A stretch of 64,000 nt of DNA from Lepidodermella squamata (taxonomy: Eukaryota > Animalia > Gastrotricha), in NCBI GenBank assembly GCA_047495785.1, contig JBLDXI010000055.1:744001-808000 (forward strand), given 5' to 3'. The notes beneath the pieces were generated by a model that made no database searches, was not told where the DNA came from, and saw only the letters and a list, made by a program, of their open reading frames with translations. Below, piece after piece: positions 1 to 12,400 of the stretch. The stretch's first letter is position 1. Each line of letters starts with the position of its first letter. The translations under genes were made by a program, and so were the position numbers.

Positions 1-40
1 TCGAGACGCCAATGCTAAGCCTTATAAGAGACATTTTTCA

Positions 41-1310
41 GGTTTCGGCTCAAAGTCTCCGGATGCTTGTCAAGGAGACAGCGGTGGTCCTCTGGTATGC
101 AGAAGTAAGCAATCAACCACTAGTACCTATCTGTTGGTTGGCGTGATCAGCTTTGGATACGAGTTAGTATGACGCTGAACGTTTCTTTCAAATAACGATT
201 TTTTATTGTAGATGTGGTCTTGATGAGTCATACGGCGTGTATAGTAGGTTTGTGCTTATTCAAATATCATTCCCTTGAAATAATACTATTACTTGAAACA
301 GAACTTGCAGGGTTTCTGATTGGATTGATAGGATAGTTAATGGCAATTCGCCACCTTCAACGAGTTCCACTACTACCACCACCACTACCACCACCACCAC
401 CCGCCGACCTATACCCAGTGACATCACCAAGCCGAAATGTTCCTCGGTTACCTTTCCAGACGAGCCAGTTGTGACGAATGACCTTGACATCCCGTGGCAA
501 GTTCGGTTGGTGATCAAAACGCCGAATTCCAAAAACAACATAACATGCGGCGCAGCCGTCATTGGAAGCGAATGGCTGTTAACAGCCGCTCAATGCGCCC
601 TAGATAATAAGTTTGTTATTTAGTTCAAGGGTGTTTTCATTAATTCAACTGTATCGCTAGCACAAGGATTACTATAAGATCAGGCTCGGGGCGAAATCTT
701 GCCAATGTTAAATCAATATTCCGTCATGCTTCTTTTGATGCGGACACCCTTGATTTCGACTTTTCACTCCTGAAAACAGACCGTAAATGCTTAATTTTTT
801 TAAAGTTTATTCAATTCACATGATTCGTAAACAGGGCCTCTTAATCTTGGGAATAACCTTGCTGCCATTGCAATACCGCAGCAATGCGAGCCACCGATGA
901 TTTCTAGAAACGCATGCCTTACCACAGGCTGGGGCACCATTTACACAAAAACCATGACAAGCAACACGACGAGACTGCTAAAGGCATCAGTCAGCGTGAA
1001 GACTGCGGTAGAATGTATGGATGCATTGAGCGAAAGCTATACAGATCGAAGTCTATGTGTACGCGATGCAAAACGTAACACTGCACGATGCGAGGTTGGT
1101 TTTTTGCGGTATGATTCATTCACTTTAGTATTCTGATTACAGACTGATATTGGGGGCCCGATGGTTTGTTGCGATGATGCCGGAGAGATGCTACTGCAAG
1201 GGATTGCATCATACGCCCCATACAAATGTGAAGGCAGCGATTCGGTTGTAATTTACGGAAAAACATGTGAAGTGGCGCCATGGATTTCAAGCGTTACTTC
1301 TTCGAACTAA
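41..1310 (+). CDS. Multi-domain trypsin-family (S1A) serine protease, 3' part: end of an active domain, Thr-rich linker, then a catalytically dead second domain; gene starts upstream of the window
   Basis: Exon from 41 reads KSPDACQGDSGGPLVC...LLVGVISFGY; next exons read CGLDESYGVYSR/TCRVSDWI, then a poly-Thr linker (about 367-400), PWQV...CGAAVIGSEWLLTAAQC, DFDFSLLK, CLTTGWG and TDIGGPMVCC...GIASY...YGKTCEVAPWI, stop at 1308-1310. Short GT-AG introns. Confidence 0.85.
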
Positions 1311-1755
1311 ACAAACAGCCGCAAGGAATAATTATTGACGTTGTATAAAACCATATTCTAAAATGAACAAAATCCATGCATCTTCTCGAAGGCCTCCTGT
1401 ACAGTTGCAGTGGTATGGGAAGTTTGCCTATTGTAAGCTTGTCAATTTCATTTACCATAATAAATTTTTATTTACGAATAGTTAAGTATTATTATCTTTG
1501 CATATTGTTGCCTATTTTGTCGCAAATTAGGCTATTAGTTCAAATGGCCGAAACTTTACGAAACAGAGTTTGTTGATTGTCCCCGATGATTTCGTATGAT
1601 CGTGGCCAAAGCCTAAGAGCCCATTAATTATTCAGTATTAAAAAAAACAAATCGACTACTTGACGCAGGTTTTGTCACTCCTACGCATTTTCTAACTCAG
1701 TTGTCTGAAAAAATAGCAAAATCATTTGTCGGAGAGAATTGCTTTTGATTGTAGA

Positions 1756-4700
1756 ATGCTGGCTGCATGTTGGTGGCTAGCAGTTTTGCTAGCAGGTGAG
1801 AAATTGGCCATCCTCTTTGTATTGTTTCCAGAAATATTCATTGTAATTAGCAGCCTTTATTACGTGCAACTACTACGCTGTAGCTCAAATTTGCGCCAAT
1901 GGTGTATATCAGCCTCTCCTGTCATTTACCAATACATCAACGAGAGCTTCACGATGGAATTATTACTACTTTGCTAACCTGAACAACAGCCAGCAAGATC
2001 CTGAGTCGACGCGGCTTATTTCAAAGAGGTCGCCGATGAGTGGCGCAATCTGGACTGTCCAGGTTGAATCCTGACGGCCGCTTGCATATTTAAGCCTTGA
2101 TCTATCCGTTTTTCAGCCTATCGACCTTGATGACTTCTACTTTGAAGTAACTATGAAAATGTCTTACGTTTACGAGCCTTGGGGATTCGCTGTTACGATA
2201 TCAAACCTAGCTGGAATAGTTCGCCCCCCTAATGGCTTACTGACTTATGCAGACGGGCAGGAGTATGGAGTCCAGCGAAGTGCCTACTTGGGTCAGAAAT
2301 GAATTGTTAAAATATATATATATATATATAAGCTCTATCTGTTGTTTCCATTTAGGGTTGACAATATTCGGTAATCCTAGTACGTATTGGTTTCAGGCCA
2401 AGTTTTTGTCAACAGTCAACTCCGGAGCATGGTTCAGCTCTTCCGCAGCAGAAATTCAAAACAAAGTTAATCAAGCGTTTATGGACAAATATTACAAATC
2501 AAAGACAACGTGGAAATTTCGCGTACAGCCTAACAACTTGACCCTCACAGCTTGTCTATTCAATACTGCCGACTGCAGTGTGGCGCTAGCTGGAAATTTC
2601 AACGCTACAAAGTCTCTGCGGTCAACCTTCGTCGGAAATCCGCTTTATCTAGGTGTGACTGCAGTAAATGCAGTGGCGAATTCTGCCGTCGACGTTTATT
2701 CAGTTGAAGTTTGGAATTGTGAAACTGAAGGAGCTAAGACGATTGTCACTCCAACGGTAACTTACAGATATAATTAAAGCCGCTTATAAAATCCGAATCA
2801 ATTTTCAGGTGAATGCGTCCGCCTTAATGTGTAGAAATGGGCTTTATCAACCGCAATGGTCATACTATCAGCCGTCTGATTTAACTGATTATTGGGACTA
2901 CTACTATGCAGAAAATTTGGACTTTACTACCCAGCCACCAAACACCGTCCGTTTGCTATCTGAGAGTGTTTATCAAAGCGGTGCAATGTGGGCAAAAACG
3001 GTTGGTTTGAGCGGTGTTACAATGAAAACTCGATTTTTGTGAAATCAATTCTAGCCATTTACTTTGAATGACTACTACGCTGAGGTGACGGTTCAAACTG
3101 GCATAATTGATTCGACAAAACCTCCGTACGGATTCATCCTAATTGTGTCAAATGATTCTGGTATCATCAGGCCGAATGATAGCCTATTAGTTCTCAGAGG
3201 CTACGGCCAATATGGCGTCCAGCGAGACTACCACGTAGGTAAGGAATTGCGCATTTATTTTTCAATGATCCCAATTTATTGGAGCATAAAAGGTTTCACG
3301 ATCTATGCGCAACCCACTGAGCGCGGTGTGATGGCCAATTTTTTGACAGTGCCAAACATTAACACATGGTATGGCTACTGCAAATATGCCCCTCAGGTCA
3401 ACTGGTGTTGGCCCAATGTTGATCAGAATTTTTTGGACAAATACTTATCGATGAAATCTACTTGGCAGTTTCGCGTCACTAACAACTCATTTTCTGTCAA
3501 TGTCTGCGTCTACAACACAAATTATTGTACGCAAACACTGAGCGCAAATTTGAGTCAGAGCCTTCAGGGCGCATTTGGTGGCCAAAATATGTACATTGGC
3601 GTGGCGGGTTATAATCACAATAACTACGCAACAACGCTGGACATATTTTCGATCGATGTCTGGAACTGTGGATCGGCGGTTTCCGGGCAACAAACTTATC
3701 CTACCAAAACCACTGGTAGTACCACTACTACAACAACTGCTGTTTCCACTTCTACAGAAACAACCGTAAGATTATGCTTCAGAATGAAATTTGATGCTAG
3801 GTTTTCAACTTAGACTACTACGGCGACAAGCTATACCACACCTTCAACTTCAACTTCAACTTTAACTTCAAATTCAACAACTGCAACGCAGGCTACAACT
3901 CAGCAGCAACTAAGCACTGGTTTCAGCTTTTACACAACAACCCAATCACTACAAAGCGTAATAAAGTTTTGCATTACCCTTAGTTTTACCTGGTTTCTCT
4001 TAAAGTCATCAGTTCCGGGCAGTCAGCCAGTCACTGGATCAACAAAACAGCCGTCGCAATCCGTAGTTACGGCTGATGTGACCTCTTTGTACTCATCAGG
4101 GGGAAAGGCCGGTAAGCAACGAGTTCGCTCTCAGAATAAATTTAGACTACTAGATATTAAAAGCTTATATGATTTATAATTTATGATATTTTCTGCTTGC
4201 AGACATGGCGAAAGCTTTGCAGTTGATGAAGTCATTCGAGTCTTCATCCTATCAGCTGCTTCAACAGTTGATTCTCTCAGCGGCTGATTTGTTCGAAATT
4301 CCATTTGCGAATTTGTCGCTTGGCAACCTGCAAAAGCAATGCGATGATTTCAGCCCTTATAGAGCAGCGCCGCCGTCGAACGGCTCGAACTCGCCACTTA
4401 AAATTCGTCCAACTTTTGCGATCGATCGCCTAGCCGACATAAACACCGTCGATGAGACAATAAGTGTTGTTGGCTCGCTGCTCTTCACGTGGTCTGTCTC
4501 GACGTGCCCCGCTGATAGCGAGGATGTGTTTACGAGTAGATCCCCGGAACAGCTTTACGTCGCGTCGTCGAACGAGGTGTGGCGTCCGGCTTTTCGATTT
4601 GTCAGCGGCGCTGATTCCAATGTTTACATGGCTGACAGCGATCGATTCGGTGATGACCTCATCGCTGTGATGCATAAGGATGAAAAATCGCCCAATCGCA

Positions 4701-5395
4701 CCATCGATTTCTATTGGCTGAAAGATGGAACGTTTTCTGCATCATGCGAGCTTGAACTTCAAGATTTTCCTTACGACACTCAAACTTGCTATTTCTCATT
4801 CTCGCTGAACCGAGCGATTAACCTGGTGGCGTTTCAAGATCCGATATTTTTTGTCTCGTCGAATGAGTCAAATTCGAGAAAGTGGAGTTATGAAGGTCAC
4901 TCTTCGATTGTTACGAAGCAATTCTACGGCGGAAAATTGACCAGCGCTGTTTACTACTTCATAACTGTCAAACGAGACCCAACCTATTACATATTGAACT
5001 TGGCCTTGCCTAGTGCTGTCTTGATATTAGTTCAAATCGGGTCTTTCCTGCTACCGCCGGAGATGCCTGATAGGCCTGCTTTCTCAATGGCAGTTTTACT
5101 GGCGATTGTCGTAGCTGAAGCAGGCGTTGCTAGCAATGTCCCAAAAACCGCGCAGCACATATTTCTGGCCGATTACATTGCCAGCCTGAGTTGGCTAAGC
5201 GCCGCTTGTACCGTGTACCAGTTGGCGACTTGTTGCCACCAACGCACGATTGACATGGACGTCGATGCTGTATTCGCCCCGCATCGGTATTTCCGCAACA
5301 CGCTGTGCTTGATCCGCTTGTTTGACATCGTAGTGGCTTTTATGTTGTCGCTTGCCTTCATGGTTTTGCATGGATTTATGGCATACCTGGCATGA
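1756..5395 (+). CDS. Lectin-fused Cys-loop ligand-gated ion channel subunit, copy 1 (signal peptide, 2x L-type-lectin-like domain, Ser/Thr stalk, pLGIC), about 1039 aa, 10 exons
   Basis: Exons 1756-1795, 1851-2062, 2117-2291, 2356-2756, 2809-3000, 3055-3238, 3293-3765, 3814-3957, 4006-4111, 4203-5395 total 3120 nt with consistent phases. Lectin-like motifs RLIS..SGAIW..PIDLDDF, GFAVTIS, LYLGV..DVYSVEVW occur twice. Channel: VWRP, Cys-loop CELELQDFPYDTQTC, YYILNLALPS, four TM helices. Confidence 0.85.
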
Positions 5396-6719
5396 TGTGA
5401 CTCTTAACCCTGCGAGGGTGTTGCTTTTTTATCAATATTGAATTAATTTTGAAGCAATCGTTATTATTGGACTAATATACAGTTTGTCAATCAGTTCGTC
5501 AGTTCGTACGAAGTTCAATATCTTCATGAGTGAATATTTCAAGTTCTGTTCTCATCTGGTAAAAGTAAATTGTAACCTTCGTAAGCCTACTGTTTCACCT
5601 GATCAATTGAAGTATGGCCGATTTTGCCTCGCTCCAAATAGTAGAGAAATGACATTTTTTCATCCGATATGTCAAGAGCTGAATATCGCTTTCGCCAGAG
5701 GATTCAAGTTTTATGAGAGATGGTCCATGACAGAACCAAGGGGACCAAGTGGACAGCTAATGAAATGCTAATCGCAAAATGCATTTTCGCCAGTTTCTTC
5801 CTTCAAATCGAGTCCCAACGAAAAATCAGGAAAGACTAGATCTATCGATTGGTGAAAAGCGCTTCAAAATATTTCTCATGGCTACGGACTTTTATTATTC
5901 AAAAAATACTATGTATAGTTATGCGTTAAGCGTTAAGCCGGACTCGATTCGCGCCCAGCGTAGAAACTAGGATTTTCGGCAAGGGGGATTCGGTTTTGCT
6001 TTCAAGAAATTCCTCGTATGTATTTCCATATATCAGTGGTAATTTGAAATTGCGTTAGTCATTCGTCGTCTCGTTTTGCTTTTCCTAGTTTTCTCATGAC
6101 ATTGAGCTCCTCTACAGTGACAATCAAAAGATCCGCACGGTGGAATTGGAGCGACGCAATTTGAAATTATTCGCACGTGCGAAATGGGCTGTTTATCTCC
6201 TGCAAAACAGACCAAAATGGCGCCTTTTTCACGAGCTCCAAAAATAGATCCAAGGAAAAGGGGATAATTTCAAGAATATGAATATGTTCATGAGATGTCA
6301 TGAAACTAGTACATTCTTAGTTGAGTGCCAAAAAATGCAGAAAATGTGAGCAGCTGGAATAAGGTTGCGACAAAGCAAAAATAATTTTTCCGGAATTTTT
6401 CTGTCATATAATTATAAACTTTTAGGGCTTCGGAATATTAATTAGCACCTCATGAATATTTATAGTTTTCTACTATTAAATTTTCTTAGTCTGTCCGAGT
6501 TACCCTTTTTATTTTTAGCTGATTTTAACCCAAGGGTGGAACTAAGATATTTCTGGCGCGTGTGAGATTCTTGTAGAATCAACCTGACCGTGCGTAAATT
6601 TTGACTTTCACTGTATTGAGCTGCTCATTCTTGCTGCTCAACCTGCTATTCTTGCGCCATACGGATTGCAATATTATGTATTATATAGATAACACATGGG
6701 CTTCGGTGAATAATTCGAG

Positions 6720-7290
6720 ACATGGCAGATAACGCTCGAGGCCGAGGCGGGACGTAGCCAGTTGCGGAGCACAGGTTGAACAGGCAGCACAGATGCCGGT
6801 GGAGCGTCGTACCGCCTCTCTTGTATATAGGTTATTGCTGACGTCGTAGAGACCAGGTGCTTCGAGTCGCAGCCCTTAGTACTCTCTGTTGTCTTTTCCG
6901 TTTGATCACCCGGCGGGGCTGCGACAGCTTGCCGGCAACGACTTGACTCCATTTCTTCTTCTCTTCGCAACCGCCGTAGCTCGCCAATTGGTCCTTGCCA
7001 CAGTTGGCGCAGACAAGGAGCTCGAACGCCGGTCTGGTCGAACATTTCGTCGCGGCGTCGCTGCTGCTCGCGGCCGCACGCTTCGAATTCTCTGCTACGA
7101 TCGGGCGGGCCCAAAAACGTGCCGGTCGTGAGGACCACTACACTTCGGCTGTTTCGTGAGGCAAGCGATCTCGACATGACCAAAACCCTGGCACCGGTGG
7201 TACTGGCTGGGCAGCGGCTTCTCGACGTACGGGATGACCCGCAGCAGCATCAAGCACCAAACAAGGCCGTTCTTCAGCGCTCTCAGCCGA
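6720..7290 (-). mobile_element. Degenerate non-LTR retrotransposon (I/Jockey-type) ORF1 fragment with gag-like zinc knuckles
   Basis: GC-rich island. Minus strand reads VIPYVEKPLPSQYHRCQGFGHVEIAC..KCSGPH and then VCANCGKDQLASYGGC, decayed versions of the CX2CX4HX4C and CX2CX3HX6C knuckles of LINE ORF1; an in-frame stop lies between them. Confidence 0.65.
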
Positions 7291-7434
7291 TTTTCATTGC
7301 TAGAAAATTATAACTGGGCCATTAACAAATGGGTCATAGCAAAAAAATACAATAGCAAAAAAATGACGTCACCTTTAAGCTTTAAGATCAGCTTGGGCTT
7401 CGCTCAGTCCTGCAATGGTCGCAGAAAAATTGTC

Positions 7435-7915
7435 ATGCATTGACCGAATTTTCATGCCTCATGGCTCAGAAACCGGTCTATGAATACCCGATATCGCCTT
7501 TTCGAACGGGTAAGGATCGCGAGCTCGTAATAATCAAGCTAACATTTTTAGAGCTAATCAGAGACTTTCACTTTGAATTGAGCAAATCTGACCCCGATAG
7601 TCTTGGAATCAGCAGTGACGGTCTTACTGCGTTTGCACCTGCGTTTGCGTTTGGGACGTCTCATCAATTTTCGCTGTACATTTGACATCAAGCTATTTCC
7701 ATTTGACAAGCAGGTTGAACGGTAAATGCCATTATTTTACTCCATGTTCTATTTCGCATCTCGTTATGGACTTGTGTACTGCAATTCGAGAGTTGGCGCT
7801 ATATCAAAGCAAATATCGCATTTTTGTCAGCAGCAGTGCATGGCTGGAGCACATGAAGGAACACGAACAGGAGAGAAAATTCAACGAAACTTTGAAAACT
7901 TACCCAGAACCCAGC
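7435..7915 (+). pseudogene. Decayed fragment of the nAChR-like gene at 13449-15038
   Basis: Near-identical to 13938-14360 (tgcattgacc..catgcctcatggctcagaaaccggtctatg), then jumps to sequence matching about 14740-14785. WIPD Trp codon changed tgg to tga, plus indels and loss of TM1-3. Confidence 0.8.
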
Positions 7916-7924
7916 TCTGAGACA

Positions 7925-8160
7925 ATTCAAAATGCTATTATTTTAAACAGAACTTGCGGTGTTTCTGATTGAATTGATAGCAATCCGCCCATTTCAACCA
8001 TCTCTTCAACAAGTTTCACTACCACTACAACCACCACCCGACCTATAACCGTAGCAAAATCAAGCCGAAATTCGCCATGTTACCTTCCCGACGAACCAGT
8101 TGTGACGGATGAAAACCACATCACATGCGGTGCCGCCGTCATTGACAGCTGTTAACATGG
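7925..8160 (+). pseudogene. Decayed copy of the serine-protease linker exon (about 290-590)
   Basis: aaacagaacttgcggtgtttctgattgaattgatag..accactacaaccaccacccgacctata..acgaaccagttgtgacg..cacatgcggtgccgccgtcattg matches 296-590, with a premature stop and deletions. Confidence 0.75.
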
Positions 8161-9480
8161 CTTAATGTTAATGGCTGTTAACATATGCTCAATGTGCCCT
8201 TAATAATTTATCTATTATTAACCATATTATGTACCAAAGAAAGCTCATAAATTCTTCATCGATCCCACTAGTACATTTCTGGAATCTGAGCTGGGGCAAA
8301 TTGCAAGGCAGGCTCTCAAAGTTTATAAAGCCGTGATTTTTTAGAACATTTTTATGATAATATGCAGCTTCAAAATTTATATGGTTGAATAGAGAGTGAA
8401 AAGTTACCAAGTTATCTCTGCATCGTGAAAACTTACGGCGCAAGTTGGTGTGCGGATAAAAAACAACATTTTTAATTTTGGCAGTATTGAATATCCGTGA
8501 GTGTCCAGTCTCTTATTATTTGTCTATGATATACCTACATGAAAAACGTATCAGTGATCCTGATAAAACTAAAAACGCGGGTGACCCCGTAAATCAACCC
8601 TGCTGATGCACAGAAAAAGCCGATTGTTCGCGACTGTTCTCAAAGCTGATCTCTCGTCGTCAGCCGTCCCCTGAACCCTCACGTGTAAGGCTTATATTTC
8701 CATCACTTTTTTAGCCGACGGGTGACGAAAAATAAAACATGTTAATTTGTCATTTATTCACCTCATAAATTTAACTACTCCGCCATGGTCTCATTGACCT
8801 CTGTGCCAATTTTTTCGAGTTGGAAATTAAAAATGACGAAGCTATTGAAGTTTAATCAAACCGGCCGAATTCGTCCTATCAGTCAGACTTAAACAGGCGG
8901 AGTGCGTGATTTTTCCGCTGCAAAAACTGGCGCGAGGAAAAATCGGAGAAGCTGAATTCTGATCTGAATGCTGAGCCTCTAAACCTTTCTTTTAAACTAA
9001 ATTTTTTCGGTGATATAAGTGGGGCAGAATCTTAGCGACATTCATGGGAGTAATTTAGAGTATAAAATTCCAAAGCTGAAGGCACCTGACACCGAAATTA
9101 GGGGCTCGAAAAATCGCCTGAAATCAGCTGGGCGGATAGGACGATTTCCAGTTTTCATACAGCCTTAACGGTGATAGATGAAGACAAAAAGATTTCAAAA
9201 TAATCGTGATCAGGGCCTTCGAAAACCCCTAGGACTGCCGTCAAATATTGTTTACCCCGCAGATTAATAATTCCGGCATAACAGGGGTAACTGAACATTG
9301 ATTTTTGTCTATAAACAACTTGATTGTCCCCCATTAGTACCCTGGAAAAAGCTTAAGAGCCAATTGAATATTCATGATTTAACAAAAAAACGACTACTGG
9401 GCGCAGGTCTTTTTACTCCTCCTCTGTTGTCTGGAAAATAGCACAATCGTTTTCGGAGAGAATAGCTCTTTGATTGTAGA

Positions 9481-12400
9481 ATGCTGGCTGCATGTTGGTG
9501 GCTGGCATTTTCGCTAACAGGTGAGAAGTCGGCCATCTGGTAGTATTATTTAAAGGAATATTCATTGTAATTAGCAGCGTTTATTACGTGCAACTACTAC
9601 GCTGCGGCTCAAAGTTGCGCCAATGGAGTATATCAGCCTCTCCTGTCATTTACCAATACATCAACGAGAGCTTCACGATGGAATTATTACTACTTTGCTA
9701 ACCTGAACAACAGCCAGCAAGATCCTGATTCGACGCGGCTTGTTTCAAAAAGGTCACCGATGAGTGGCGCAATATGGGCTGTCCAGGTTGAATCCTTACT
9801 GCCGCTTATTTTAGCCTTAACCTTTCTGTTTTTCAGCCTGTCGACCTTGATGACTTTTATGTTGAAGTAACCATGAAAATGTCTTATAGCTACGAGCCTT
9901 CGGGATTCGCACTTGTGATATCAAATCAAGCTGGAATTGTCCGCCCCCCTAATGGTTTACTGACTTATGTAAACGGGGAGGAGTTTGGAGTCGAGCGAAG
10001 TGCATACTTGGGTCAGTAATTATTTATTTTGATAGATGAGTATTATTTGTTATTTTTTTAGGGTTGACAATATTTTGCAATCCTTATTGGTATTTGCTCC
10101 AGGTCAAATTTATGCCAAATCCCAACTCCGCGGCATGGTTCTACGCATCTACAATAGCAGGAGACATTCAAAACAAAACTACTCAAGCTTTCGGGGACAA
10201 ATACTACAAGTCGAAGTCAACGTGGAAATTTCGCGTACAGCCTAACAACGTTACTATCACTGTATGCCAGTTCAATACTACCGACTGTAGCATGGGGTTA
10301 GTTGGGAATTACAACATTACAAGGTCTCTGCGGTCAACCTTCGCCGGAAATCCGCTTTATCTGGGCGTGGCAGCTACAAATGCAGTGGCAAATTCTGCCG
10401 TTGACGTTTACTCAGTTGAAGTTTGGGATTGTGAACCTCCAGGAGCTAAGACGACTGTCGCTTCAACAGTAACTTCTCAATATAATTCAGACCTCTCGTG
10501 AAATCCGAATCCATTTTCAGGTGAACGCGTCCTCCTTAATGTGTGGCAACGGATTATATCAACCGCAGTGGTCGTACTATCAGCCGTCTGATTTAACTGA
10601 TTATTGGGACTACTACTACTCAGAAAATTTGGACCTTACCTCCCAGCCACCAAACACCGTTCGTTTGCTATCTGAAAGTGTGTATCAAAGCGGTACAATG
10701 TGGGCAAAAATGGTTAGTTTTAGCAACCTTATAATAACTAAAGAAAACTTGATTTTTATGAAATCAACTCGATCCAGCCATTTACTTTGAATGACTACTA
10801 CGCTGAGGTGACTGTTCAAACTGGCATAATTGATTTGACAAAACCTCCTGTCGGATTTATCCTAATTGTGTCAAATTATTCTGGTATTATCAGGCCGAAT
10901 GATAGCCTATTAGTTCTCAGAGGCTACGGCCAATATGGCGTCCAGCGAGATAAACACGTTGGTAAGGAATTGATCATTTTTATTTTTCAAATATCCCAAT
11001 TATTTGGCGCGTTTTCTTCTATAAAAGGCTTCACTGTATATGCACAACCCACTGAACGCGGAGTGATGGCAAATTTTATGACTGTGCCAAACGTTAATAC
11101 CTGGTTCGGCTACTGCAAAACTTCCCCTCAGGTCAACTGGTGTTGGCCTAACATTGATCAGAATTTCTTGGACAAGTACCTGTCGATAAAAGCTACTTGG
11201 CAGTTTCGCGTCACAAACAGCTCATTTGCTGTCAACGTCTGCGTCTACAACACAAGCTATTGTGCACAGACTGTGAGTGGAAATTTGAGTCAGAGCCTTC
11301 AGGGCGCATTTGGCGGCCAAAATATGTACCTTGGCATAGCGGGTTATAACAGTAATAACTACGCAACGAAACTGGACATATTTTCGGTCAATGTTTGGAA
11401 TTGCGGATCGGAGGTTCCCGGGCAACAAACCTATCCCACAAAGACAACTGGCAGTACCACTTCTACAGAAGCAACCGTAAGATTATGCGCTCAAAATGAC
11501 TTTGATATCCACTTTTCAATATGTAGACTACACCGGCGACAAGCTCTAGCACATCCGCAGCTTCAACGCAGGCTACAACGACTCAGCGGCCACTCAGCAG
11601 CGACTTCAGCTCATCTACAACAACCCAATCACAGTCAAGCGTATTTATTCTATAATGTAGCATTACCCTAATTTTACCTGGTTTATTTTACAGTCATCAC
11701 TTCAGGCCAATCTGCCTGACACTGGATCAACCAAACAGCCAACGTCATCTGCAGCTACGAATAATTTGACCTCTTTGTACTCATTAGGAGGAAACCCCGG
11801 TAAGCTATCAGCTCGCTCTCAGACTAAACATTAGATTACAAATTATTTGTAATTTACGATATTTTTGCTTATAGACATGACGAACGCTTTGCAGAAGATA
11901 AAATTGTTCGAGTCTTCATCCTACCAGCTGCTTCAACAGTTGATTCTCTCAGCGGCTGATTTGTTCAAAATTCCATTTGCGAATTTGTCGCTTGGCAACC
12001 TGCAAAAGCAATGCGATGATTTCAGCCCTAATAGAGCTGCGCCACCCTCGAACGGCTCGAACTCGCCACTTAAAATTCGTCCAACTTTTGCGATCGATCG
12101 CTTAGCTGACATAAACACTGTCGATGAGACAATAAGTGTTGTTGGCTCGCTACTCTTCACGTGGTCTGTCTCGACGTGCCCCGCTGATAGCGAGGATGTG
12201 TTTACAAGCAGATCCCCGGAACAGCTTTACGTCGCGTCGTCAAGCGAAGTGTGGCGTCCGACTTTTCGATTTGTCAGCGGCGCTGATTCCAACGTTTACA
12301 TGGCTGATAGCGATCAATTTGGGGATGACCTCATCGCTGTTATGCAAAAGGATGAAAAATCTCCCAATCGCACCATCGATTTCTATTGGCTAAAAGACGG

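Noticed and set aside
260-562. Minus-strand ORF with a poly-Val run
   Set aside because: Antisense shadow of the poly-Thr linker in the plus-strand protease gene.
4205-5395. Treating the 396-aa ORF (and 11865-13067) as a stand-alone channel gene
   Set aside because: No evident signal peptide, and a conserved in-phase splice acceptor two bases before the ATG links it to the upstream lectin exons in both copies.
5600-6700. Short ORFs and possible DNA-transposon remnant
   Set aside because: No recognisable protein motifs, and no terminal repeats or target-site duplication could be established by eye.
8200-9310. Sequence present only in duplication unit 2, possibly an inserted element
   Set aside because: Likely an insertion, but no ends or coding similarity could be supported.
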